NCBI GenBank assembly: GCA_030041495.1
Contig: JASHNT010000116.1
Span: forward strand, 9,998 to 73,997
Source of the DNA: Bryobacteraceae bacterium
GTDB lineage: Bacteria > Acidobacteriota > Terriglobia > Bryobacterales > Bryobacteraceae
Direction of reading: 5' to 3'
DNA length: 64,000 bases
In this document: one piece after another, positions 33,913-43,331 of the stretch
Layout: each line of letters starts with the position of its first letter
How positions within the stretch are numbered: position 1 is the first letter of the stretch
Position numbers and translations under genes: made by a program
Notes under the pieces: generated by a model
Seen by the model: only the letters and a program-made list of their open reading frames with translations
Databases searched by the model: none
What the model was told of the DNA's origin: nothing

Positions 33913-36239
33913 CGCGCCGTTTGATCAAGCCGATTCTGCTGTTGCTGGTGATTGCAGTCACCGCGCAGTATCTCCCGCTCAACTTTCTGAAGCCTCCGGT
34001 GGAGCGGGCGCTGCAGCGCGGCTTGGACCGGCAGGTGGAAGTCGGCGAAGTGCACCTGGGTCTGTTCGGCGTCCCTGGGTTTACTCTCGACGACGTGACC
34101 ATTCACGAAGACCCGCGCGCGGGCATCGAGCCGTTTGCTTACGTAAATTCTTTGGATGCGCGCATTCGCTGGCTGAGCCTGTTCCGGCATCGCCTGGAAT
34201 TCGCGTACTTGAACCTGGGCGATGCCACGCTGAACCTGGTAAAGACCGATGAGGGGCCTTGGAATTTCCAGTTTCTGCTGGACAGCGCCGCCGGAGGAAG
34301 GGCGCGCGTTCCGGCAATTCGCATGCGCGAGGGCCGGGTCAATTTCAAGTTCGGCGACATCAAGAGCGTATTCTATTTCAACGATGCCGACCTGGATGTA
34401 GCTCCTTCCGGTGACGGCGCGGTGGAAGTGAGCTTTGAAGGCAGTCCCTCGCAGACCGACCGCGCGCAGCAAGATTTCGGCCGGTTCTTTCTCGACGGGA
34501 ACTGGAACCCGTCGCGCACGCCGCGTTTCAACATGAACGTCGACCTGGAGCGGAGTTCGCTCCCGGAGGCGGTGCGCCTGATTGACCCGCGGGGGTTCGG
34601 CCTGCACGGGACCATCGCGCTGCAGGCTCAACTGAGTGGCTCGCCTTCCGGGCTGGATGTCAGCGGGCAGTTGCAGATTGACGATGTGCACCGTTGGGAC
34701 CTGGTGCCGAAGGGAGGCGGCTGGAAGCTCCCGTTCAAGGGTACGCTGGACCTGCATGGCGAGACGTTGCAATTGGCGAGCGACCCAGCCGAACCGGTGG
34801 CGCTGTCATTTCGGGCGTGGAATTTTCTGTCGCGCACGCAGTGGGAAGCGGGGCTCAACTTGAACCAGGTGCCGCTGGCGGCACTGGTGGAGGTCGCGCG
34901 GCACCTGGGTACGCCGCTTCCGGACCAATTGGAGGCCAACGGCTCCGTCTCTGGCACTCTCAGCTACGAGGACGGCGGCCTTGCGGGGCAAGTGCACCTC
35001 GCGGGCGCTTCGCTCAAGCTTCCGGATGTGAGGCCGCTCAGCGCGGCCTCCGCCACGCTGGATATCGGCGAAGGCTCCGTGCGTCTGGAGAAATCGACGA
35101 TCGAAATCGGGGAACGAGAAAGCGCGGAGGTGGAGGCGAATTATGGCTTCCTTGCCCCGGCTGGCTCGCCTGCTCCCGATCTCGACCTGCGCATCACCAC
35201 GCGCGGCATGAATATTTCCGACATGCGCATGTTCGGCTTGGCCGCGATTCCGCTGCTGGATCAGACGCGGCAAGGCTCGTGGCGCGGTTGGGCGCGCTAT
35301 CAAAGCTCGGGGCTGGGAAGCGGGCCCGCTGGAGGAACCGCCGCGGGCGGGATTCAAGGATGGTCGGGAGAATACGATTTGTTGAATGCGCGGATTCCGG
35401 TGGAGGGCTTGGCCGACCCGCTGCGCATCCAGTCGGCTTCCGTGAAGCTCAACGGCGCGCGGGTTGCCGTCACCAAAATTCGCGCTCAGGTGGGCGCTAT
35501 AGCCTTCAGGGGCGACTACCGGTGGGAGCCCGCGACGGTGCATCCACACAAATTCAACCTCGCGGTTCCGGAGGCCGATGTCGCGGAATTGGCGCGGCTA
35601 CTGGCTCCCACCCTCGACCGGGAACGCGGGTTCCTGGCGCGCACGCTGCGGCTGGGCCCCTCTCCGATGCCCGGGTGGCTGACCGCCCGGCGCGCGGACG
35701 GGACTCTTGCCATCGGTACGCTCACGGCCGGGAACACGACGCTCAGCGTGAATCAGGCCCGCTTGCTATGGGACGCCGGCATCGTGCGGCTGGCGGGGAT
35801 CGACGCGACGATGCTCAGTCCAAATTTCGCGGGCGCCGGTCTGACCGGCGATGTGCAGGCTGATCTGAGCGGCGCGGTTCCGCATTACCGCTTCGATGGC
35901 AAGTTGAGGGACGTGCCCTACAAGGGCGGCAAGGTCGATTTCGACGGCAGCCTGGACGCTCAAGGCGAGGGCCTGGACCTGCTCGACTCGCTGCACGCGG
36001 AGGGGCATCTGAGAGCCCGTTCCATTGCGTTTTCGGCCGATGCCGACTTTCCCACCGCCTCAGCATGCTTCGAGTTGCAGGGCCTGCGCTGGAAATTGGG
36101 GAGCGTCGAAATCAGCCAGGGAGGGGAGACGTACTACGGCACCGGCTCCTCACAGCCGGACGGGAAGCTGGTGCTGGACCTGGTCAAGGGCTCGCGTTCG
36201 CTGCATTTTTCCGGCCCTTTGCTGGCCTCCGCGCCCTAG
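33909..36239 (+). CDS. AsmA family outer-membrane biogenesis protein
   Basis: 776 aa. The GTG start overlaps the previous stop by 4 nt. N-terminal TM anchor (IKPILLLLVIAVTAQ), then a long beta-rich region with AsmA-like start LKPPVERALQRGLDRQVEVGEVHLGLF. Confidence 0.65.
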   Translation: MTRRLIKPILLLLVIAVTAQYLPLNFLKPPVERALQRGLDRQVEVGEVHLGLFGVPGFTLDDVTIHEDPRAGIEPFAYVNSLDARIRWLSLFRHRLEFAYLNLGDATLNLVKTDEGPWNFQFLLDSAAGGRARVPAIRMREGRVNFKFGDIKSVFYFNDADLDVAPSGDGAVEVSFEGSPSQTDRAQQDFGRFFLDGNWNPSRTPRFNMNVDLERSSLPEAVRLIDPRGFGLHGTIALQAQLSGSPSGLDVSGQLQIDDVHRWDLVPKGGGWKLPFKGTLDLHGETLQLASDPAEPVALSFRAWNFLSRTQWEAGLNLNQVPLAALVEVARHLGTPLPDQLEANGSVSGTLSYEDGGLAGQVHLAGASLKLPDVRPLSAASATLDIGEGSVRLEKSTIEIGERESAEVEANYGFLAPAGSPAPDLDLRITTRGMNISDMRMFGLAAIPLLDQTRQGSWRGWARYQSSGLGSGPAGGTAAGGIQGWSGEYDLLNARIPVEGLADPLRIQSASVKLNGARVAVTKIRAQVGAIAFRGDYRWEPATVHPHKFNLAVPEADVAELARLLAPTLDRERGFLARTLRLGPSPMPGWLTARRADGTLAIGTLTAGNTTLSVNQARLLWDAGIVRLAGIDATMLSPNFAGAGLTGDVQADLSGAVPHYRFDGKLRDVPYKGGKVDFDGSLDAQGEGLDLLDSLHAEGHLRARSIAFSADADFPTASACFELQGLRWKLGSVEISQGGETYYGTGSSQPDGKLVLDLVKGSRSLHFSGPLLASAP

Positions 36240-36345
36240 GGTAGCCCGCCTATTGGCAGGCCCGTGAATTTGTGGAATACTGGCAAGGAAGCGGCCAGGG
36301 GCCGTTCTATCGGTTGCAGCCGCAGTTCATTGGAGGGATGAAACC

Positions 36346-37299
36346 ATGCGCAAGCTGATCGCAGTTTCCGCGTTGCTGGCGTCCGTGGCGTTTGCCCAGG
36401 ACAAGAAACGCGTGGCGATAATGAACTTCGACTACGCAACTGTCACTACAGCCGTAGCGGAAATTTTCGGCTCGAACCAGGACGTCGGCAAGGGCATCGC
36501 CGACATGCTGGTGGACCGCTTGGTCAACGACGGCAAGTACTCGGTGATCGAGCGCAAGGCGCTCGACAAGCTGATCGCGGAGCAAAATTTCTCCAATAGC
36601 GACCGGGCCGATCCGTCCAGCGCGGCCAAGATCGGCAAACTACTGGGCGTGGATGCGATCATCATCGGCAGCATCACGCAGTTTGGCCGCGACGATTCCA
36701 ACAAGGGCGTCGGCGGCGGCGCCTTTGGCGGCGGAAAGTTCGGCATCGGGGGCATCGGCAAGAAGGAAGCCAAGGCCGTGGTGCAGATTACCGCTCGCAT
36801 GGTGAACGTCGAGACGGGCGAGATCCTGGCTTCGGTGCAGGGCAAGGGCACCTCCAAACGCAGCGGCCTCAATTTGGGCGGCGGCGGCGCGGGGGGCGGA
36901 GGCGGAGGAGGAGGCGGCTTGACCATGGGCAGCTCCAACTTCGGAGCCACGATCATCGGCGAGGCGACGAACGAGGCGGTGACGCAGGCGGCCATGGGAC
37001 TCGACGAGAAAGCCGACAGTCTTCCGGCTCGCGTTGTCTCGGTCACGGGTCTGGTGGCGGACGTCGATGGCTCGCACCTGATCTTGAACGTCGGCACCAG
37101 CACAGGCCTCAAGGTCGGCGACACGCTCAAGGTTTCGCACCTGGGACGCGAGATCAAGGATCCGGCTACGGGCAAGGTTCTGCGCCGCACCGAGACCGAC
37201 ATCGGGACGGTGACCATTACGCAAGCCGATACGGGGTCCTCCGAAGGCACCTTCAGCGGCCAAGGCGGCGTTGCGGTCGGCGATCAGGTGAAGAAGTAG
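36346..37299 (+). CDS. CsgG/HfaB family secretion-channel-like protein
   Basis: 317 aa. Signal peptide, then KKRVAIMNFD...GKGIADMLVDRLVNDGKYSVIERKALDKLIAEQNF...LGVDAIIIGSITQFG, the CsgG-family pattern. A Gly-rich insert (GGGGAGGGGGGGGG) and a C-terminal beta domain follow. Confidence 0.7.
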   Translation: MRKLIAVSALLASVAFAQDKKRVAIMNFDYATVTTAVAEIFGSNQDVGKGIADMLVDRLVNDGKYSVIERKALDKLIAEQNFSNSDRADPSSAAKIGKLLGVDAIIIGSITQFGRDDSNKGVGGGAFGGGKFGIGGIGKKEAKAVVQITARMVNVETGEILASVQGKGTSKRSGLNLGGGGAGGGGGGGGGLTMGSSNFGATIIGEATNEAVTQAAMGLDEKADSLPARVVSVTGLVADVDGSHLILNVGTSTGLKVGDTLKVSHLGREIKDPATGKVLRRTETDIGTVTITQADTGSSEGTFSGQGGVAVGDQVKK

Positions 37300-37357
37300 T
37301 CCTAAACATTGCCGCGGCTTCCGCGGCCGTTCTCGCCCGCTAAAGGAGGAGTCTGCC

Positions 37358-39127
37358 ATGAATGTCGGCGAACGGGTCGGCGATTACGAAGTTGTTGCCA
37401 TCCTGGGCTCGGGAGGCATGGGCCAGGTCTACAAGGTGCGCAACACGTTATCGGAGCGCATCGAAGCCATGAAGGTGCTGCTTCCCAACCTGGAAAGCGA
37501 TGCGGAACTGGCGGACCGCTTCCTGCGCGAAATCAAAGTGCAGGCGGCGCTCGACCACCCCAATATCGCCAAGCTCCACACCGCGATGCGCACCGGCAAC
37601 CAATTGCTGATGTTCATGGAGTTTGTCGACGGCGTGGCGTTGGCGCGGAGGATCGAGACTGAGCCGCTGCCGCCGGCGGAAGCCGCGCAAGTCGCGGCAC
37701 AGGTTCTGGACGCGCTGGCTTACGCGCATTCGCACGGAGTGGTGCATCGCGACATCAAGCCCGCCAACATTATGCTGACCGCGGCGGGACTGGCGAAGCT
37801 GATGGATTTCGGCATCGCGCGCATGCAGGCCGATAAACGTCTGACGCAGACCGGCGGGGCGATCGGCTCATTGTTCTACATGTCGCCGGAGCAGATTCGC
37901 GGCGCGGAGCCGGATCCCCGCTCCGACATTTATTCGCTGGGGATCACGCTGTACGAGATGGTGACGGGCCGCCGGCCGTTTGGGGGCGATAGCGACTATC
38001 AGATCATGTCGGCGCACCTCGAGCAGGCTCCGCGGGCTCCGATTGAGATTGTGCCGGGCGTGCCCGCGGATTTCAGCGAGATCATTCTGACGGCGATCGC
38101 CAAGGATCCGGCGGAGCGGTTCCAATCCGCGGCTGCGTTCCGTTCCGCGCTGGTGACCGTATTCCCGGGCATCGCAGCGCACCTGCCGGTGACGCGGACG
38201 GTCATGCCTCCCGCGGTTCCACAGGCCTCGCCCGTGCCTCCTCCGGTGTGGCAAGCTTCGGCCGCACCGCCGCCCATTCCGCAGGCCACGACGCCTTCCC
38301 GAATGCCTGCGCCGCCACCAGTGGCGGGCGCGCCTCCTCCGGTCGTGCCGATTCCGCCCGCTCCGGCGCCTTGGGCCGTCACGCCGCCTTCTGCGCCGCG
38401 GGTCGCGCAGAAATCGAGCCGCAGGGGTTTGTACATGGCATTGGGGTCGGTAGCAACTCTGGCTGTGCTGATCGCGGCCGCGATCGAAGGGCCGAAACTG
38501 CTGCGCGGAGGATCGAGCGCGGCTTCCGAGGGAAGAGCTCCAGCGGCGGCGGCGTCGGCTGCGGACAACCCATCGAGCGCGACGCCTGCGGCCCCACCGG
38601 CTCCCGCGTCAAGCGATGCTACGTCCGCTCCGTCTTCATCGTCTTCATCCCAGGCGCCAGCCGCGGGTAAGACTCCTCCCGGATGGACCCCGGTGGGGCG
38701 ATCGGCCACTGGAGCTACGGGGTCTCCAGCGCCAGCTTCGGCCGCTCCGGTGAACGCGTCGCCGGCGCCTCAGGCGCAACAAGCAGCTTCGCCACAACCA
38801 GCCCAGCAACCGCCACCGCAACAGGCCGCCCCGCAGAGCCCTGCGCCGCCTCCGGTGAATCGCGAATATACGCAACTGCGCGCGCAATTGAATGAACTGA
38901 CCATCCGCGCCAACTCCGCCAGCGCCGGACTCGAGTCGTTCCAGCAGCAGCAATCCAGGCAAGGCTTGGGCCTGCGTGCCGACATCCGCGAAGCCAAGAC
39001 ACGCCTGGATTACCAGCTTCAGGAGGCCATGTCCCAACTGCAGAGCGGCGATTATGAATCCGCGCGGCAGAGCATGCGCTACGCGCAGAACGCCGTCGAG
39101 ACCATCGAGAAGTTTTTGGGGCGCTGA
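37358..39127 (+). CDS. Ser/Thr protein kinase with a Pro/Ala-rich linker, one TM helix and an extracytoplasmic C-terminal domain
   Basis: 589 aa. GSGGMGQVYK, HRDIKPANIM, DFGIA, YMSPEQ. TM segment GLYMALGSVATLAVLIAAAI. Confidence 0.9.
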   Translation: MNVGERVGDYEVVAILGSGGMGQVYKVRNTLSERIEAMKVLLPNLESDAELADRFLREIKVQAALDHPNIAKLHTAMRTGNQLLMFMEFVDGVALARRIETEPLPPAEAAQVAAQVLDALAYAHSHGVVHRDIKPANIMLTAAGLAKLMDFGIARMQADKRLTQTGGAIGSLFYMSPEQIRGAEPDPRSDIYSLGITLYEMVTGRRPFGGDSDYQIMSAHLEQAPRAPIEIVPGVPADFSEIILTAIAKDPAERFQSAAAFRSALVTVFPGIAAHLPVTRTVMPPAVPQASPVPPPVWQASAAPPPIPQATTPSRMPAPPPVAGAPPPVVPIPPAPAPWAVTPPSAPRVAQKSSRRGLYMALGSVATLAVLIAAAIEGPKLLRGGSSAASEGRAPAAAASAADNPSSATPAAPPAPASSDATSAPSSSSSSQAPAAGKTPPGWTPVGRSATGATGSPAPASAAPVNASPAPQAQQAASPQPAQQPPPQQAAPQSPAPPPVNREYTQLRAQLNELTIRANSASAGLESFQQQQSRQGLGLRADIREAKTRLDYQLQEAMSQLQSGDYESARQSMRYAQNAVETIEKFLGR

Positions 39128-39179
39128 AACAAGTAAGATCCGAATTGTCGGCAGGGCTCGATTTGGTGGACAATGAATC

Positions 39180-41267
39180 GTGCGTAAGCGGGCAGTGTAT
39201 CTTGGCGGGTTGTTGGCCGCCGCAGGCTTGGCCGGAGTTGTGTGCTTCGCCGCTTCTTCCGACCCGGTTGCCGACCTTAAGGCCGCTTTCGCCGCCCTTG
39301 ACGCCAAAAACGATTCCGCGGCCCTGGCTGCTGCCGCGGGCGTCGCGAAGCGCCTGCCGAAGCTCGCCGATTACGCCGCGTGGGTGACGGCTTCAGCCCG
39401 CTTCGGTTTAAAGCAATTCGCGGCCGTGCCCGCCGCGCTGGACGCGGTGTGGAAGCAATCGCCGCCCTCGCCTCTGGCGGCGAAAGCGTATTTGCTGGCC
39501 GGCCAGGCTCTGGTTCAAAACGGAGATCCGAAAACTGCGGCGGACCTTCTGCGAAAAAACTACGGCGCACTCCCGCAGCCGCAGGGAGACCTGGAGTTAG
39601 CCCAGGCCTTCGCGGCAGCGGGCGACCAGGTCAGCGCGGCAGTCTACAACCAACGCGTCTACTACGGCTATCCGGCTTCGGCCGAGGCCGCCGCCGCGGG
39701 CGCGGAGCTCTCCCTACTGCGCACCGCGCTGGGCGCAAATTACCCTCCGTCCATGCCCAACTCGATGCTCGCGCGCGCGCTGAAGCTGCTCGACGCCGGT
39801 GAGACCGAAAAGGCGCGCAAGGAGCTGGAGGCTCTGGTGCCGGAGCTTGGCGGCGCGGACCGGGATTTGGCCCGGGTGCGCATTGGTGTCGCCGACTACG
39901 AGGCGAATAAGACGGATGATGCGCGGCGGGAGCTGGCTGCGCTGGAATCGCTCGCGCCGGAGGGGGATGCCGAACGTCTTTATTACCTCCTCGAGTGCGC
40001 CCGCCGCCTCAATGATCAAGACGAAGTGGAGCGGGATCTGGCGACGCTGGGGCGGCTTTATCCCACATCGCCGTGGCGCTTGCGCGCTCTGCTGGCGGCG
40101 GCGAACCGCTATTTGATCGCCAATCAGCCGGACGCCTACGAGCCTTTGTACCGCGCCTGTTACGAGAATTTTCCGAAGGATCCGGAAGCCGCTACCTGCC
40201 ACTGGCGCGTGGTCTGGAGCCACTACATCCGGCGCCAGGGCGATGCCGGCAATCTGCTGCGCGAGCACCTGCGGCTATTTCCCTCCGCCGAATCAGCTTC
40301 GGCAGCCTTATATTTTCTCGGCAGGCTGGCCGAGGACGCGCGAGACGTGGGCGCGGCCCGCACTTACTACAGCGAAATCGCCGTGCAGTATCCGAATCAG
40401 TATTACGCGGTTTTGGCTCGCAACCGGCTGGAGCAGGCCCGCCCGGCCGCGGCGTCGGCCCAGGTCAACGAGTTTCTGCGCAGCGTCGCCTTCACAGAGC
40501 GCGCCCGCGTGAAGGATTTCAAGCCCGGGCCGGTGGCGGCCGCGCGGATCGAACGCGCGAAGCTGCTGGAGCAAGCCGGCCTGGTGGATTGGGCCGAGCA
40601 GGAGCTGCGCTTCGCCGCCAAGACAGAAGACCAGCCTTACGTGATGGCGCTGCAACTTGCGTTGCTCAAGTCGGCCAAGCCGGACCAGTCCCTGCACGTC
40701 ATCAAATCGTATGCGGGCGGCTATTTGTTCGTGCCGCTGGATTCGGCTCCGCGGCAGTTCTGGACCTTCGCATTTCCGCTCCCGTTCCGCAGCGAAGTGG
40801 AAGCTTACTCCAAACAAAACGGACTGGATCCGTTTTTGATCGCCGCGTTGATCCGGCAGGAGTCGGAGTTCAATCCCAAGGCGGTTTCGAGAACCGGCGC
40901 GCGAGGCCTCACTCAGATTCAGCCGGCCACGGGCCGCGAACTCAGCCGCCGCCTCAAGCTGCCCCGATACTCTTCGGCGGGGCTGTTCCAGCCGGGTCTG
41001 AATCTGCAGCTCGGGACGTATTATTTGAAGTCGCTGCTGGCTGCGGTGGGCGGGCGCGAGGACGCAGCGCTGGCGGCTTACGACGCCGGATTGACGCACG
41101 CCCGTACCTGGCTGACCTGGGGCGATTTCCGGGAGCCGGCCGAGTTCATCGAGAGCGTGCCGTTCACCGAAACCCACGCGTACGTGCAGGGAGTTCTGCG
41201 CAACGCCGATATGTACCGCCGCCTCTACGGAGCTCAGACGGTCCAGCAGGCTTCGGCGACTCGTTGA
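39180..41267 (+). CDS. soluble lytic murein transglycosylase (Slt70-like: superhelical/TPR N-terminal region plus SLT domain)
   Basis: 695 aa with a signal peptide. SLT motifs LIRQESEFNPKAVS, ARGLTQIQ and AAYDAG. Confidence 0.85.
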   Translation: MRKRAVYLGGLLAAAGLAGVVCFAASSDPVADLKAAFAALDAKNDSAALAAAAGVAKRLPKLADYAAWVTASARFGLKQFAAVPAALDAVWKQSPPSPLAAKAYLLAGQALVQNGDPKTAADLLRKNYGALPQPQGDLELAQAFAAAGDQVSAAVYNQRVYYGYPASAEAAAAGAELSLLRTALGANYPPSMPNSMLARALKLLDAGETEKARKELEALVPELGGADRDLARVRIGVADYEANKTDDARRELAALESLAPEGDAERLYYLLECARRLNDQDEVERDLATLGRLYPTSPWRLRALLAAANRYLIANQPDAYEPLYRACYENFPKDPEAATCHWRVVWSHYIRRQGDAGNLLREHLRLFPSAESASAALYFLGRLAEDARDVGAARTYYSEIAVQYPNQYYAVLARNRLEQARPAAASAQVNEFLRSVAFTERARVKDFKPGPVAAARIERAKLLEQAGLVDWAEQELRFAAKTEDQPYVMALQLALLKSAKPDQSLHVIKSYAGGYLFVPLDSAPRQFWTFAFPLPFRSEVEAYSKQNGLDPFLIAALIRQESEFNPKAVSRTGARGLTQIQPATGRELSRRLKLPRYSSAGLFQPGLNLQLGTYYLKSLLAAVGGREDAALAAYDAGLTHARTWLTWGDFREPAEFIESVPFTETHAYVQGVLRNADMYRRLYGAQTVQQASATR

Positions 41268-41360
41268 CCTCGGCGTTCTGCCGGGCAGCGCGCTTTGGTG
41301 GCCCGCCCGCGTGGGAGAACCGGGAACGTAACCAGATTGCGGAATGGGCTTGGTTGGTCT

Positions 41361-42266
41361 ATGCTACGTGCTGGGATGCAGTTGAGAGATCACGAGGTTC
41401 TCGAACCGCTCGGCATCGCCTCCTGGGAAGGGCCATTTTCGCCGGAGATGGCGGCTCAAGCGACGGATGCTCTTGAAACGGGAAAGCTGCTTTATGCTCC
41501 GCAGCTCTCCTTCGAATTGTCGGAGGCTGAGCGGCGGTTTCTCTCGCCGGATTACCTGGACGGCAAATCGAAAAACGTGAGCTTCCGCTCAAGTTCCGGG
41601 GTCCTGGTAGGTACTGGTTGCCGGGGAGCCGAGCGCGATGAATTGCTGAGCATGCTGCAGCGGTACTGCACTCGGGCTTTGCAGTTGCTGAAGGCGCTCT
41701 GCCCGGGGTATGGCGACAACTTGCAGCCTGGATTCACCAGCTTCCGTCCCGCTGAAATCGCTGGCCGGCCTACCTCATGGCGGCACGACGACACCAGATT
41801 GCACGTGGATGCCTTTCCTTCGAGACCCATGCAGGGCCGGCGGATTCTCCGGGTTTTCACCAACGTCAACCCGCAGGCGCCGCGCATATGGCGAGTGGGG
41901 GAAGCCTTCGATCAGGTTGCGGCCAAGTTCGTGCCCGGAATCCGCCCGCCTTTTCCGGGATCGTTGCGGCTGCTCCAAAAGCTGAGGATTGTGAAGGGGC
42001 GGCGAACCGAATACGACCACTTCATGCTCGGCATTCATGACCGGATGAAGGCGGACCAAGGCTATCAGTCGCAGGCGGTCCAGGCACAACTTGCGTTTCC
42101 GCCAGGCGCAACCTGGGCTTGCTACACCGATTGGGTGTCTCACGCAGCTCTGTCCGGACAGTTCGCGTTCGAGCAAACTTTCGAGCTGCCGGTCGCCGCC
42201 ATGAAGGATCCCGAGCGCTCGCCATTGCGCACCTTGGAAAGACTCGCGGGACGGACACTCGCCTAA
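41361..42266 (+). CDS. kdoO: Kdo hydroxylase (KdoO) family Fe(II)/2-oxoglutarate dioxygenase
   Basis: ORF 41295..42266; the start is taken at ATG 41361 (41376 is an alternative). WEGPFS...LETGKLLYAPQLSFELSEAE..FLSP..LDGKSKNVSF and the metal motif RLHVDAF match my memory of the Kdo_hydroxy family. Confidence 0.65.
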   Translation: MLRAGMQLRDHEVLEPLGIASWEGPFSPEMAAQATDALETGKLLYAPQLSFELSEAERRFLSPDYLDGKSKNVSFRSSSGVLVGTGCRGAERDELLSMLQRYCTRALQLLKALCPGYGDNLQPGFTSFRPAEIAGRPTSWRHDDTRLHVDAFPSRPMQGRRILRVFTNVNPQAPRIWRVGEAFDQVAAKFVPGIRPPFPGSLRLLQKLRIVKGRRTEYDHFMLGIHDRMKADQGYQSQAVQAQLAFPPGATWACYTDWVSHAALSGQFAFEQTFELPVAAMKDPERSPLRTLERLAGRTLA

Positions 42267-42273
42267 GAAGCAG

Positions 42274-43188
42274 TCAAACGCTAGGCGTGGGGAACGTCTT
42301 GGAGATGTGGTCGTGCCAGGTGAGGTTTTCTTCGTCCACCAGAGCCCAGACCAATCCCAGCCCGGCGGCGACGAAGCTGAGCAGGCTGGCCACCTGGCGC
42401 ACGCCGCGCTGCTCGCGGTCGGGACGGCGCCCGTCGAAATCCACTAGTTGGAGGCCGGCGAAGCGCATGCCGGGCGTGTCGGCATTGGCGAAATACCACA
42501 TCGAGCGATAGAAGAGCGCTACCACCAGGGCCACAGCGATCAAGAACGGCGCGGTCTGCCGGCTGATGACCAGATCAGCGCCGACGGCATTGGCGCCGAG
42601 GAAAGCGGTTAACGCCAGCAGGCCCACGCCGATCAAGATCCAACTCAGGTCAACGAGGGCAGCCAGGACGCGATGGCCCGGCAATGCCACCGGCGCCTCG
42701 CAAAAGATCAACTCGCCTGCGGCGGCCAGCCCGGTATTGCTTTCGACCTCGGCGAACTGCAAAGCCTGCTGCGAATCCGCAGGGCGGCGGGGCCGCGGCG
42801 CAGAGCGCGGCGCAACGCGCCGCATCGAATGCGTTTCACGCGTGTACGGGTGCGATGGCGCGAGCGTAGGAATCGGAATCACTTTCGGCGCGCCCATGCC
42901 GTCCCGGAACAGGGAGGGTTGAAAATTGATGTTGACCTGCGGACTGGCTTCCGCCCGGGCTGGCGGCGCGACCTCCGCAGGCGCGGCCTGCGGCGCGCTG
43001 ACCGGAAAACTCTCCAGTGCCCGCGCGGTCGCGCTAGCCGTCATAGGGGAAGATGCCGACGAAGAGGCGAGGGGATAGAGTTCAGGTCCGGGCTGGGGAG
43101 CGGCTAGGTGCAGCCTGCGACCACAGCGGGAGCAGCGATGATCCTCCGCGTCATTGCGCGCCCGGCAATACCGGCATTGAACGTCCAT
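42274..43188 (-). CDS. RDD family membrane protein with N-terminal zinc-ribbon
   Basis: ORF 42274..43269. The ATG at 43188 gives MDVQCRYCRARNDAEDHRCSRCGRR (CxxC...CxxC). The C-terminal RDD-type domain is RVLAALVDLSWILIG...GMRFAGLQLVDFDGRRPD. Confidence 0.7.
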   Translation of the reverse strand: MDVQCRYCRARNDAEDHRCSRCGRRLHLAAPQPGPELYPLASSSASSPMTASATARALESFPVSAPQAAPAEVAPPARAEASPQVNINFQPSLFRDGMGAPKVIPIPTLAPSHPYTRETHSMRRVAPRSAPRPRRPADSQQALQFAEVESNTGLAAAGELIFCEAPVALPGHRVLAALVDLSWILIGVGLLALTAFLGANAVGADLVISRQTAPFLIAVALVVALFYRSMWYFANADTPGMRFAGLQLVDFDGRRPDREQRGVRQVASLLSFVAAGLGLVWALVDEENLTWHDHISKTFPTPSV

Positions 43189-43331
43189 TCGAAGTTTTCC
43201 ATGGCTTGACTGGGTCTCTAGACGTTTGGTACCGTGCTCGGTTGAGTCCCCGGTCCTCCTGCCACACAACGAAAATACCAGGCTGCCTTTTCTTTCGTAC
43301 CATATTTGGAAGACTTTGTCACGAACTTTAT

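Noticed and set aside
43053-43331. 93-codon N-terminal extension of the LptD ORF.
   Set aside because: It overlaps the RDD gene start region on the other strand, is Arg/Ser-rich and precedes the only signal-peptide-like segment. The true start is more likely near 43332, although TTG usage there is unproven.
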